A program made the translations under genes and the position numbers. This document shows, in pieces, positions 7,654 through 16,556 of a stretch of DNA of 64,000 bases. Below the pieces are notes generated by a model. It was not told where the DNA came from, ran no database searches, and saw only the letters and a program-made list of their open reading frames with translations. Positions within the stretch are counted from its first letter, which is position 1, and each line of letters starts with the position of its first letter. Source of the stretch: Dehalococcoidia bacterium (lineage in GTDB: Bacteria; Chloroflexota; Dehalococcoidia; Lucifugimonadales; JAGWBF01); assembly GCA_034423015.1 (NCBI GenBank), contig DAOUJG010000053.1, positions 68,565-132,564 on the forward strand. The letters run 5' to 3'.

Positions 7654-8156
7654 GAGCGCCGCCGGCGGCCGCGGCCGGACGAGGGGGGCTTCTCGGGGCC
7701 CCTGGGCCGCTCTCCCCGCAACCGTCGCATCTCGTCTTCGACCAGGCCGAAGTCCCTCTTGGGCAGAAGGTGCAGGTTGGTCTGGGCGAACGCGATGTAC
7801 CAGTCCTCGGGGGCCCACCTGCGGACGTAGTCGAGCCTGGGAGCAAGCTGCCGGGCGTCGATGTACTGCTCCTCGTCAAGCACGATCTCCGGCTTGATGC
7901 GGACCCCGTAGGCCCACGCGCTCTTGCCCTCTTTGGCCCACTTGTGAGTCCCGTCCTCGAAGTATCGCGATGTGGCCGTGGCCGTGGCCGGGAAGTAGCG
8001 GTCCCTTCCCACGTAGTACAGTATCCGGTCCTCGGGCTCGATGCGCTGCGCCTTGCGGTGATACTGGGCCTTCAACCCCTGGACTGTAAACCCCAACTCT
8101 CTGATTATCCGGAAATTCTCCGGGCTGATGACCATCATCCAGTAGTTCCTGGGCAT
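7650..8156 (-). CDS. EVE/PUA-like domain protein
   Basis: ATG 8154-8156. MPRNYWMMVISPENFRIIRELG...RILYYV is typical of EVE/ASCH-like PUA-fold proteins as I recall them. The C-terminal tail is basic. Confidence 0.6.
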   Translation of the reverse strand: MPRNYWMMVISPENFRIIRELGFTVQGLKAQYHRKAQRIEPEDRILYYVGRDRYFPATATATSRYFEDGTHKWAKEGKSAWAYGVRIKPEIVLDEEQYIDARQLAPRLDYVRRWAPEDWYIAFAQTNLHLLPKRDFGLVEDEMRRLRGERPRGPEKPPSSGRGRRRRS

Positions 8157-8267
8157 CTGTTCCCCTGTTCTGTAGAAGAGGCTCCTTCTGTGAGTAATGG
8201 GTCCACTCCATTTTACCATATCGCTTCGCCTCGGGGACGCCGGACGGGGCGCCGGGCACTTGACTAA

Positions 8268-8296
8268 TTGTAGGCTATCGCTGCACATGCTATAAT
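8268..8296 (+). promoter_or_regulatory. sigma70-type promoter of metH
   Basis: TTGTAG, 17 nt, then TATAAT (8291-8296), followed by GGG. The ATG lies 30 nt downstream. Confidence 0.5.
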
Positions 8297-8325
8297 GGGT
8301 CGACCCTCGCCGCGGGCAAGACTGC

Positions 8326-11300
8326 ATGAACGAGAACGAACGCATCGACTCCCTCAAGTCCCTTCTGCAACGGCGAATACTGGTGCTGGACGGCGCCATG
8401 GGGACGTCCATCCAGGCCCTGGACCTGGGGCCGGAGGACTTCGGCGGAGCGGAGTACGAGGGGTGCAACGAGTACCTGGTCGTAACCCGGCCAGACGCCA
8501 TCTTAGGCATACACCGGAGCTACCTGGACGCCGGATGCGACATCCTGGAGACCAACACCTTCGGCGCCACGCCCCTGGTGCTGGCCGAGTACGGCCTGGC
8601 CCACGAGGCCCGGCGCATCAACCGGGAGGCCGCGGCCCTGGCGCGGCAGGCGGCGGACGAAGTCGCCACTGCCGACAGGCCGCGTTTCGTCGCCGGGTCC
8701 ATGGGCCCCACCACCAAGACAATCTCGGTGACCGGCGGCGTGACCTTCGACGAGCTGGCTGACTCGTTCCACGAGCAGGCGCTGGGCCTGTTGGAGGGGG
8801 GCGCCGACCTGCTCCTCCTGGAGACTGGCCAGGACACCCTGAACATCAAGGCCGGCCTGGAGGGCATCGACCACGCCTTCCAGGAGCTTGGGAGAGAGCT
8901 CCCGGTGGCGGTGCAGGGGACCGTGGAGCCCATGGGCACCCTGCTGGCGGGACAGGACGTGGAGGCGCTCTACACGTCCCTCGCCCACCGGGACCTGCTG
9001 TGGATAGGGCTGAACTGCGCCACCGGGCCGACCTTCATGACCGACCACGTCCGCACCCTGGCGGCCCTGTCCCGGTTCCCGGTAGCGTGCCTGCCCAACG
9101 CAGGCCTGCCCGACGAGTTCGGCAAGTACAACGAGACGCCGGAGATGATGGCGCACACCCTGGGCCTCTTCATCGCCTCCGGCTGGGTCAACCTCATCGG
9201 CGGGTGCTGCGGCACGACGCCGGAGCACATACGCCTGCTGGTCGAGGCCGCCGAGGGCGCCCCCGGCAGGCCCCTCGCCGCCGGGCGGGATACACGGGTG
9301 TCGGGCATCGAGACGGTGGTGGTGGACGAGGACGTCCGGCCCGCCATCGTCGGAGAGCGCACCAACGTCCTGGGGAGCCGCCGCTTCCGCCGCCTCATAA
9401 ACCAGGGCAGCTTCGAGGAGGCCGCCGAGGTGGGACGCCGTCAGGTGCGAAACGGCGCCCACGTGCTGGACGTGTGCCTCCAGGACCCAGACCGGGACGA
9501 GGTGGCCGACGTGACCACCTTCCTGGATGTGCTCAACAAGAAGGTCAAGGCGCCGGTCATGATCGACTCCACCGACGCCCAGGTGATCCACGAGGCCTTG
9601 AAGCGGCTCCAGGGCAAGTCCATCATCAACTCTGTCAACCTGGAGGACGGCGAGGAGCGGTTCCAGGCGGTTGTCCCGCTGGCCCGGCGGTACGGTGCGG
9701 CCCTGGTCGTGGGCTGCATCGACGACGACAAGGAGCAGGCCCAGGCCGTCACCCGGCAGCGCAAGCTGGACGTGGCCCTCAGGTCCTACGACCTCCTGAC
9801 CGGGAAGTATGGCGTGGCCCCCGAGGACCTGATCTTCGACCCGTTGGTGTTCCCGGCGGGGACGGGGGACGAGAACTACGTTGGGTCGGGAGAGGAGACC
9901 ATCGAGGGGGTACGGCTCATCAGGCAGGCGCTGCCCCGCTGCAAGACCGTCCTTGGCATTTCCAACGTCTCCTTCGGACTGCCCCCCTCGGGCCGGGAGG
10001 TGCTCAACTCGGTGTTCCTGTACCACTGCGTCCAGGCCGGCCTGGACATGGCCATCGTCAACTCGGAGTTGATGCAGCGGTACACGTCCATCCCGGAGGA
10101 GGAGCGGAGGCTGGCCGAGGACCTGATCTGGAACCGGGGCGAAGACCCGGTGGCCGCCTTCGCGGCCCACTTCAGGGACCGGCCGCCCAAGTCGACCACC
10201 GAGGAGCGGCGTAGCCTGCCCCTGGACGAGCGGTTGGCCATGGCCATCATCGAGGGGTCCAAGGAGGGGCTGGCCGAGGACCTGGACGAGGCCATGGCCG
10301 GGCGGACCCCGCTGGAGATAATCAACGGTCCGCTGATGGCGGGGATGGACGAGGTGGGGCGACAGTTCAACGCCAACCAGCTCATCGTGGCTGAGGTGCT
10401 CCAGTCGGCGGAGTCCATGAAGTTCGCGGTGGCCCACCTGGAGCCCCACATGGAGCGGGTGGACTCGGCCACCCGGGGCAAGGTGGTGCTGGCCACGGTG
10501 AAGGGCGACGTCCACGACATAGGCAAAAACCTGGTGGAGATCATCATCTCCAACAACGGTTACCAGGTGATAAACCTGGGGATCAAGGTGCCGCCCCAGG
10601 ACCTGATCGAGGCCTACCGGGAGCATAACCCGGACATCATCGGGCTGTCGGGCCTGCTGGTGAAGTCCGCCCAGATGATGGTGGAGACGGTGCGGGACTT
10701 TCGCCAGGCGGGCGTGAGTGCGCCGGTGCTGGTGGGTGGCGCCGCCCTCTCCAACCGGTTCACCCGGCTGCGCATCGCGCCGGAGTACGACGGGCTGGTG
10801 GCCTACGCCTCCGACGCCATGACGGGCCTGGCTCTGGCCAACACCATCCAGGAGGCCGACGAGCGGGAGCGGCTGGCGGCGTCGCTGACGGCCGAGTCCC
10901 GGGACCTCCTGGAGAGCGAGGAACGACGCCGGCAGGCGGAGCCGGCCGCCGGCGCGCTGCCCCCCAAGGCGGCCCAGGTCAGGCACGACTTCCCCATCCC
11001 CAACCCGCCCGACCTGCTCCTGCACGTCATACGGGACCACGACCTGCAGGAGATATTCCCGTATATCAACCCCCAGATGCTGTACGCCCGCCACCTGGGC
11101 TTCAAGGGACGGTTTGCCGATGCCCTGTCCCAGGGGGACCCGGCGGCGGTGGAGCTGCGGGAGTCGGTGCGGCGGATAGAGGACGAGGTTCTGGCCCGGG
11201 ACGACATCAACGCCGGCGCCGTCTTCAAGTTCTTCCCCTGCCGCTCCGATGGCCGGCAGGTGCTGGTGTACGCCCCCGACGGGGCGACGGTCCTGGAGCG

Positions 11301-11835
11301 GTTCCGCTTCGGCCGCCAGTCCCGGGGGGACGGGCTGTGCCTGGCCGACTACCTGCTACCCGGGGACTCTGGGGAGGTCGACTACCTGGCCATGTTCGTA
11401 ACCACCGTGGGACCGGGGGTCCGCGACCTGGCCGAGGCGTGGAAGCAGGAGGGGCGCTACCTGGACTCCCACGTCCTCCAGGCGCTGGCCCTGGAGAGCG
11501 CCGAGGCGTTCGCGGAGCTGCTGCACCAGCGCATTCGCCGCATGTGGGGGTTTGGCGACCCCGAGGGCACCACCTACGTGGACCTGTTCCGGACCCGGTA
11601 CCGGGGCCGCCGCTACTCCTTCGGCTATCCCGCCTGCCCCAGGCTGGAGGACCAGGCCCAGCTCTTTCGCTTGCTGGGAGCCACGGCCGAGCTCGGGGTG
11701 GAGCTGACCGAGGAGTTCATGATGGACCCCGAGTCATCGGTCTCGGCGCTGGTCTTCCATCACCCCGACGCCAAGTACTTCAACCTGGACGAGGCGGACA
11801 TCCAGCGGCTGGAGGCCGAGACAGGGGCCGGCTAG
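8326..11835 (+). CDS. metH: cobalamin-dependent methionine synthase
   Basis: 1169 aa. Hcy-binding, pterin-binding, B12-binding (ATVKGDVHDIGKN) and AdoMet-activation domains follow one another colinearly. Confidence 0.95.
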   Translation: MNENERIDSLKSLLQRRILVLDGAMGTSIQALDLGPEDFGGAEYEGCNEYLVVTRPDAILGIHRSYLDAGCDILETNTFGATPLVLAEYGLAHEARRINREAAALARQAADEVATADRPRFVAGSMGPTTKTISVTGGVTFDELADSFHEQALGLLEGGADLLLLETGQDTLNIKAGLEGIDHAFQELGRELPVAVQGTVEPMGTLLAGQDVEALYTSLAHRDLLWIGLNCATGPTFMTDHVRTLAALSRFPVACLPNAGLPDEFGKYNETPEMMAHTLGLFIASGWVNLIGGCCGTTPEHIRLLVEAAEGAPGRPLAAGRDTRVSGIETVVVDEDVRPAIVGERTNVLGSRRFRRLINQGSFEEAAEVGRRQVRNGAHVLDVCLQDPDRDEVADVTTFLDVLNKKVKAPVMIDSTDAQVIHEALKRLQGKSIINSVNLEDGEERFQAVVPLARRYGAALVVGCIDDDKEQAQAVTRQRKLDVALRSYDLLTGKYGVAPEDLIFDPLVFPAGTGDENYVGSGEETIEGVRLIRQALPRCKTVLGISNVSFGLPPSGREVLNSVFLYHCVQAGLDMAIVNSELMQRYTSIPEEERRLAEDLIWNRGEDPVAAFAAHFRDRPPKSTTEERRSLPLDERLAMAIIEGSKEGLAEDLDEAMAGRTPLEIINGPLMAGMDEVGRQFNANQLIVAEVLQSAESMKFAVAHLEPHMERVDSATRGKVVLATVKGDVHDIGKNLVEIIISNNGYQVINLGIKVPPQDLIEAYREHNPDIIGLSGLLVKSAQMMVETVRDFRQAGVSAPVLVGGAALSNRFTRLRIAPEYDGLVAYASDAMTGLALANTIQEADERERLAASLTAESRDLLESEERRRQAEPAAGALPPKAAQVRHDFPIPNPPDLLLHVIRDHDLQEIFPYINPQMLYARHLGFKGRFADALSQGDPAAVELRESVRRIEDEVLARDDINAGAVFKFFPCRSDGRQVLVYAPDGATVLERFRFGRQSRGDGLCLADYLLPGDSGEVDYLAMFVTTVGPGVRDLAEAWKQEGRYLDSHVLQALALESAEAFAELLHQRIRRMWGFGDPEGTTYVDLFRTRYRGRRYSFGYPACPRLEDQAQLFRLLGATAELGVELTEEFMMDPESSVSALVFHHPDAKYFNLDEADIQRLEAETGAG

Positions 11836-14594
11836 GACGATCCGGCGGCCTCTTTCAGGGCTGCCTGGGCGGCGGCGAGGCGGGCCACGGGGACGCGGAA
11901 GGGCGAGCAGCTAACGTAGTTCAATCCCTCCCGGTGGCAGAACTCGATGCTGGCCGGGTCTCCGCCGTGCTCCCCGCAGATCCCCACCTCCAGGTCCGGG
12001 CGTGTCCGGCGGCCCTGCTCCACGGCGATGCGGACCAGGGCGCCCACACCGTCGGGGTCCAGGGTGGCGAAGGGGTTGGCGGGCAGGACCTCCTCCTGGA
12101 TGTAGGTGGCCAGGAACTTGCCCTCGGCGTCGTCGCGGCTGAAGCCGTAGGTGGTCTGGGTCAGGTCGTTGGTCCCGAAGCTGAAGAAGTCCGAGTGGCC
12201 GGCCACCTCTCCCGCTGTGAGGCACGCCCTGGGCACCTCTATCATGGACCCGTACAGATAGCCGACGGTGGTGTCCATCTCCTTCTGCACCCGGTCGGCG
12301 ACCTTGGTGAGACCTACTTTGAGGCGGCTGAGCTCGTTGACGTGGGAGGTGAGGGGGATCATGATCTCGGGGTGCACCTGGACCCCCTCGCGGATGAGCC
12401 CCGCGCCCGCGGTGATTATGGCCTCCACCTGCATCTCGTAGATGGCGGGGAAGGTCAGGCCGAGCCTGCAGCCTCGGTGCCCCAGCATGGGGTTGGACTC
12501 GCGCAGGGACTCCACAAGCTGCAGGAACTGCTCCCTGGCCTGCCTCTCCTCCTGGGGCGCGCCCCGGACCTCCATCTCCACCACCTCCCGCAGCAGGTCC
12601 TCGTGCCGGGGAAGGAACTCGTGGAGCGGGGCATCCAGGAGGCGGATGATAACCGGGCGGTCGCCCATGGCCCTGAGCACCCCGGTGAAGTCGGCTATCT
12701 GCAGCTCCTTGAGATGTGCAAGGGCGTTGTAGAACTCGTTGACGCCCACGGGTAGCTCGGGCGAGGTGGCGCGACGGACGGCCGCCTCGGGGTGGGCGGC
12801 CTCCCAGCGCTCGGCCTCCTGGGCGTTGATGAGCATCCGCTGCACCACGGGCACTCTGTCGGGCCCCAGGAACATGTGCTCGGTGCGGCAGAGGCCTATC
12901 CCCTCGGCCCCCATCGCCACGGCCCGCTCGGCGTCCAAGGGGGTGTCGGCATTGGCCCAGACGCCCAGGCGCCTGGCCTTGTCGGCCCAGGAGAGAAGGG
13001 TCTGGGCCTCCTGCAGCTCGTCCAAGTCCGGCTGGAAGGTGGGTATGGCCCCGGCGAACACCTCCCCGGTGGTGCCGTCCACGCTGAGGTCGTCTCCCTC
13101 CTCTATCGTTTGGCCGTTGGCGACGAAACGCCGGCCCTGGAGGTCGACCTGTATGTCCTCGCATCCGACCACGCACGGCTTGCCCAGTCCCCGGGTGACC
13201 ACCGCCGCGTGGCTGGTGACGCCGCCGCGGCTGGTGAGCACGCCCCTGGCCTCCAGTATGCCGTGGATGTCGTCGGGCTTGGTCTCGGGCCGGACCAGGA
13301 TGACGGGCGTGCCGTTCTTGCCGGCCTCGGCGGCCCGGGTGGCGTCGAAGAACACCTTGCCGGTGGCCGCTCCCGGGGAGGCGCCGAAGCCGCGTCCCAG
13401 CAGCTCCTGCGAGGATACCTTGGCGGCCCTGGCTTCGGAGTCGAAGCGAGGGACGAAGAGCAGGGACAGCTCCTCGGCGTTGACCCGGTTGATGGCCGCG
13501 CTCTCGTCGATCAGGACCTCGTCCACCATGTCCACGGCGCTCTTCACGGCCGCCTGGACGGTCCGGGCGGCGTTGCGGGCCTGGAGCATGTACAGGCGGC
13601 CACCCTCCACGGTGAACTCCAGGTCCTGGACGTCCCTGTAGTGCTGCTCCAGCTGCTGGGCCACCCTGGAGAGCTGGGAGTGGACCTCGGGCAGCTGCCG
13701 GGCGAGGGCGGAGATGGGTTCGGGGTTGCGAATCCCCGCCACCACGTCCTCTCCCTGGCCGTTGACGAGGTACTCGCCGTACAGCTCCTTTCGGCCGTTC
13801 AGGGGATTGCGCGTGAAGAGGACTCCCGTTCCGCTGTCGTCTCCCAGGTTGCCGAAGACCATGGCCATTATGTTGACGGCCGTGCCCCAGTGGTGGGGGA
13901 TGCCGAAGTGGTCCCGGTAGCTGACGGCGCGGGGGCTGTTCCAGCTCTCGAAGACCGCCTTGACGGCTCCTTCAAGCTGCTCCCAGGGGTCCTGGGGCAC
14001 TTCGCTGGAGGTGGCCTTGTGGACCTCCGCCTTGAACTGCTCGATGACGCTGCGGAGCTGGTCGGGGTTCAGCTCGTTGTCCAGGCTGACTCCGGCGCGC
14101 TCCTTCTCCCGGGCGAGTATCTCCTCGAAGACCTCGGAGTCCACGCCCATCACGACTCCGGCGTACATCTGTATGAACCGGCGGTAGGCGTCATAGGCCG
14201 GACGCTCGTCGCCCATGAGGGAGGCCAGACCGTGGACTATCTCGTCGTTGTTTCCCAGGTTGAGGATGGTGTCCATCATGCCTGGCATGGATATCCTGGC
14301 TCCCGAGCGCACGGAGACCAGCAGGGGACTGGACTCGGAGCCGAACCGGCGGCCGATGGACTCCTCCAGCGACGCCATGTTGCTCCTTACAGCCTCCCAC
14401 AGGCCCTCGGGCACCTGGCCGCCGGTCTCGAAGAAGTGGACGCAGGCCTCGGTGGTGATGATGAAGCCGGGGGGCACGGGAAGGTCCAGGTTGGCCATCT
14501 CGCAGAGGTTGGCCCCCTTGCCGCCCAGCAGGTCGCGCATCCCCGCATCGCCTTCGTCGAACCGATAGGTCAGCTTGCTGCCGCCCTTTGCCAT
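11832..14594 (-). CDS. ppdK: pyruvate, phosphate dikinase
   Basis: 920 aa. It has N-terminal LLGGKGANLCEM, the phosphohistidine region GGVTSHAAVV and a C-terminal PEP-utilising domain. Confidence 0.95.
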   Translation of the reverse strand: MAKGGSKLTYRFDEGDAGMRDLLGGKGANLCEMANLDLPVPPGFIITTEACVHFFETGGQVPEGLWEAVRSNMASLEESIGRRFGSESSPLLVSVRSGARISMPGMMDTILNLGNNDEIVHGLASLMGDERPAYDAYRRFIQMYAGVVMGVDSEVFEEILAREKERAGVSLDNELNPDQLRSVIEQFKAEVHKATSSEVPQDPWEQLEGAVKAVFESWNSPRAVSYRDHFGIPHHWGTAVNIMAMVFGNLGDDSGTGVLFTRNPLNGRKELYGEYLVNGQGEDVVAGIRNPEPISALARQLPEVHSQLSRVAQQLEQHYRDVQDLEFTVEGGRLYMLQARNAARTVQAAVKSAVDMVDEVLIDESAAINRVNAEELSLLFVPRFDSEARAAKVSSQELLGRGFGASPGAATGKVFFDATRAAEAGKNGTPVILVRPETKPDDIHGILEARGVLTSRGGVTSHAAVVTRGLGKPCVVGCEDIQVDLQGRRFVANGQTIEEGDDLSVDGTTGEVFAGAIPTFQPDLDELQEAQTLLSWADKARRLGVWANADTPLDAERAVAMGAEGIGLCRTEHMFLGPDRVPVVQRMLINAQEAERWEAAHPEAAVRRATSPELPVGVNEFYNALAHLKELQIADFTGVLRAMGDRPVIIRLLDAPLHEFLPRHEDLLREVVEMEVRGAPQEERQAREQFLQLVESLRESNPMLGHRGCRLGLTFPAIYEMQVEAIITAGAGLIREGVQVHPEIMIPLTSHVNELSRLKVGLTKVADRVQKEMDTTVGYLYGSMIEVPRACLTAGEVAGHSDFFSFGTNDLTQTTYGFSRDDAEGKFLATYIQEEVLPANPFATLDPDGVGALVRIAVEQGRRTRPDLEVGICGEHGGDPASIEFCHREGLNYVSCSPFRVPVARLAAAQAALKEAAGSS

Positions 14595-14716
14595 CGTCTA
14601 CTCCGATCTCTCTCCCCTTCCGGGGACCTGAGCTATGGCTTGGTCTCCGCCGGACGCCGCCCGCGCCCGGGAGTCAGTGGCGCCTCGTTACCCCGCTTTC
14701 GCGTGGGGCCGCTCGC

Positions 14717-15724
14717 TCAGGACTCGTCCTGCGGGGCGGCGGCCGCTTCCTCCAGGTAGAAGCCGTTCTCCCAGAGGTCGTCCAGTACGGCCTCCTCCTC
14801 CGGCCCCAGGTCGGGCGTGTCGGGAGCGGAGGTGTACTCCACCAGCTCATCCATGCCGGTGATGTTGGGCAGCACCGAGACGATGCTGCCCTTGGCCAGG
14901 CAGAACTTGATGGCCGCCTGGGACATGGTCCGCCCCGTCTCCTCGGCCAGGAACCTGGCCTGCGCGGCCTTCTTGAGCGCGTCGACCATCCACTCGTGCT
15001 TGCGGTGGGCGCGGTGGTCGGTGGGGTCGAACTCCGGGGGCTCGGTGAACTTGCCGGTGAGGACCTCGGAGGCGTGGGGCACCCGGGACAGGAGGCCCAC
15101 GTTCTCCTCCTCGGCGATGGGAAAGAAGCGGCGGGCCGGGTCCTGCTCCAGGATGCTGTAGATTATCTGGACGGAGCTGACCTGCCTCTCCCGCATGGAG
15201 GCCTCTCCCTCCTCGAACCATCCTATGTCCGGGCCCAGGGCGGAGCCGTAGTACCGTATCTTGCCCTCCTTGACGAGGGCATCCAGCAGGTCGAACACCT
15301 CGTCGTTCTCGATGGCGTCGATGCGGGGGTTGTGCAGCTGGAAGAGGTCTATGTAGTCGGTCTTGAGGCGGCGGAGGCTCTGTTCGCATGCGTAGCGGAT
15401 GAAGTCCGGCTCGAAGCGCTGGGACCGCTCCTTGTGGCCGATGCGCTCTATGTTGTCGTACCAGTCGTAGCCGAACTTGGTGGCGATGACTATGTCATGC
15501 CTGGCGTGTCCCAGGGACTTGGCCAGGATCTCCTCACCGTAGCCCTCGCCGTAGGTGTCGGCGGTGTCGAAGAGGTTGATCCCCATCTCCACTGCCTGCT
15601 CGAGGAGGCGCACCTTGTCGGCCTCCTCGATGCGGCCCCACCAGTTGGTGGCCACGGTCCACAGGCCGAACCCCACCTCGGATAGCTGGAGGTCGGTCCT
15701 GGGTAGCTGCCGGTACTTCAACAT
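14717..15724 (-). CDS. aldo/keto reductase
   Basis: ATG 15722-15724 (the longer track ORF is a shadow extension). FDTADTYGEGYGE, IDLFQLH and the overall AKR layout are present. Confidence 0.9.
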   Translation of the reverse strand: MLKYRQLPRTDLQLSEVGFGLWTVATNWWGRIEEADKVRLLEQAVEMGINLFDTADTYGEGYGEEILAKSLGHARHDIVIATKFGYDWYDNIERIGHKERSQRFEPDFIRYACEQSLRRLKTDYIDLFQLHNPRIDAIENDEVFDLLDALVKEGKIRYYGSALGPDIGWFEEGEASMRERQVSSVQIIYSILEQDPARRFFPIAEEENVGLLSRVPHASEVLTGKFTEPPEFDPTDHRAHRKHEWMVDALKKAAQARFLAEETGRTMSQAAIKFCLAKGSIVSVLPNITGMDELVEYTSAPDTPDLGPEEEAVLDDLWENGFYLEEAAAAPQDES

Positions 15725-15831
15725 GCACTCCGCAGGATAGTCTCCCCGGCCGGGCGTGCGGGCTGCCGCCGGCCCGAGGACAAGCGTGCGCCCGCCATCG
15801 GTCCCCGGGCCTTCGGCCCCCCGGCCCTCGG

Positions 15832-16404
15832 TTATTTCAGCGCGGCCTTGACCTCTTGGACCCTGGTCCGGAAATCGTCGTCGGTCATGACCGGGGCGAG
15901 GGCCCCGAGTCGGACGGGCTCCGGGAGCTCGACCCAGGACTTGCACCCGGCGAAGGACCGGGAGAAGGGCACGGTGTGCGGCTCCTCCAGGCGGTACAGC
16001 CGTACCAACAGTATGGCCAGCGGGTGTCTTGGCTTCCAGTGAAGGCGCTTCTGCGCGTAGTCCGATGTCCAGATGTGGTGGGGCTCCAAGCTGTCCACGG
16101 CGGCCTGTTCGCTCAGCTCGATGGCTTCTTCGACCCTGGCCCAGTGGCCGAAGGTGATGGCGCCGTTGCCCCCGGCCTCGGCGACCACCCGGGACAACTC
16201 CTGGTGATACTCCTCCTTGAGCAGCTCCGGCTTCTGGTGCTCGAAGGTCGGATACATCAGGAACTCCGGATGTAGCACCCGGAAGTCCTTGCCATCCTCG
16301 TGGATGCCGCCCTTGCGGAGGAGGAGGATCTGGTCGCCCCGGTCGAAGGCGCGAATGGTGACGGCCCACTCCTTGAAGGCGACATTGCAGGAGAGATGGT
16401 GCAT
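15832..16404 (-). CDS. DUF1802-family protein
   Basis: AFKEWAVTIRAFDRGDQILLLRKGGIHE...MYPTFEHQ matches my recollection of DUF1802. ATG 16402-16404. Confidence 0.65.
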   Translation of the reverse strand: MHHLSCNVAFKEWAVTIRAFDRGDQILLLRKGGIHEDGKDFRVLHPEFLMYPTFEHQKPELLKEEYHQELSRVVAEAGGNGAITFGHWARVEEAIELSEQAAVDSLEPHHIWTSDYAQKRLHWKPRHPLAILLVRLYRLEEPHTVPFSRSFAGCKSWVELPEPVRLGALAPVMTDDDFRTRVQEVKAALK

Positions 16405-16522
16405 GGTCTCGCTCCGGGCGGGCACGGGCGGCCGAATGGTGCCCGCGAATATCCAACAATGTTATCACCAACGGTCAACTGCCTCAACCGGTGGCGCTGC
16501 TCCTTTCCCTTCCCACTGCGGC

Positions 16523-16531
16523 TATAATGGG
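16523..16531 (+). promoter_or_regulatory. -10 element TATAATGGG upstream of the reductase gene
   Basis: TATAAT plus a GGG discriminator lies 26 nt before ATG 16557. The -35 is weak. Confidence 0.4.
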
Positions 16532-16556
16532 ACGGTACCGAGACATAAGGGGGACG

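Noticed and set aside
8157-8325. Possible SAM or cobalamin riboswitch upstream of metH.
   Set aside because: A good -10/-35 pair leaves a 5' UTR of only about 25-30 nt, and I see no conserved riboswitch blocks.
8503-11094. 863-aa ORF antisense to metH. Similar very long antisense ORFs occur at 12792-14759 (opposite ppdK), 47744-50086 (opposite ilvB/ilvN), 35977-38661 and 43550-45022.
   Set aside because: These are typical high-GC shadow ORFs. Their translations are Arg/Gly/Pro/His-rich low-complexity sequence without motifs, while the opposite strand encodes full-length, motif-rich housekeeping proteins.
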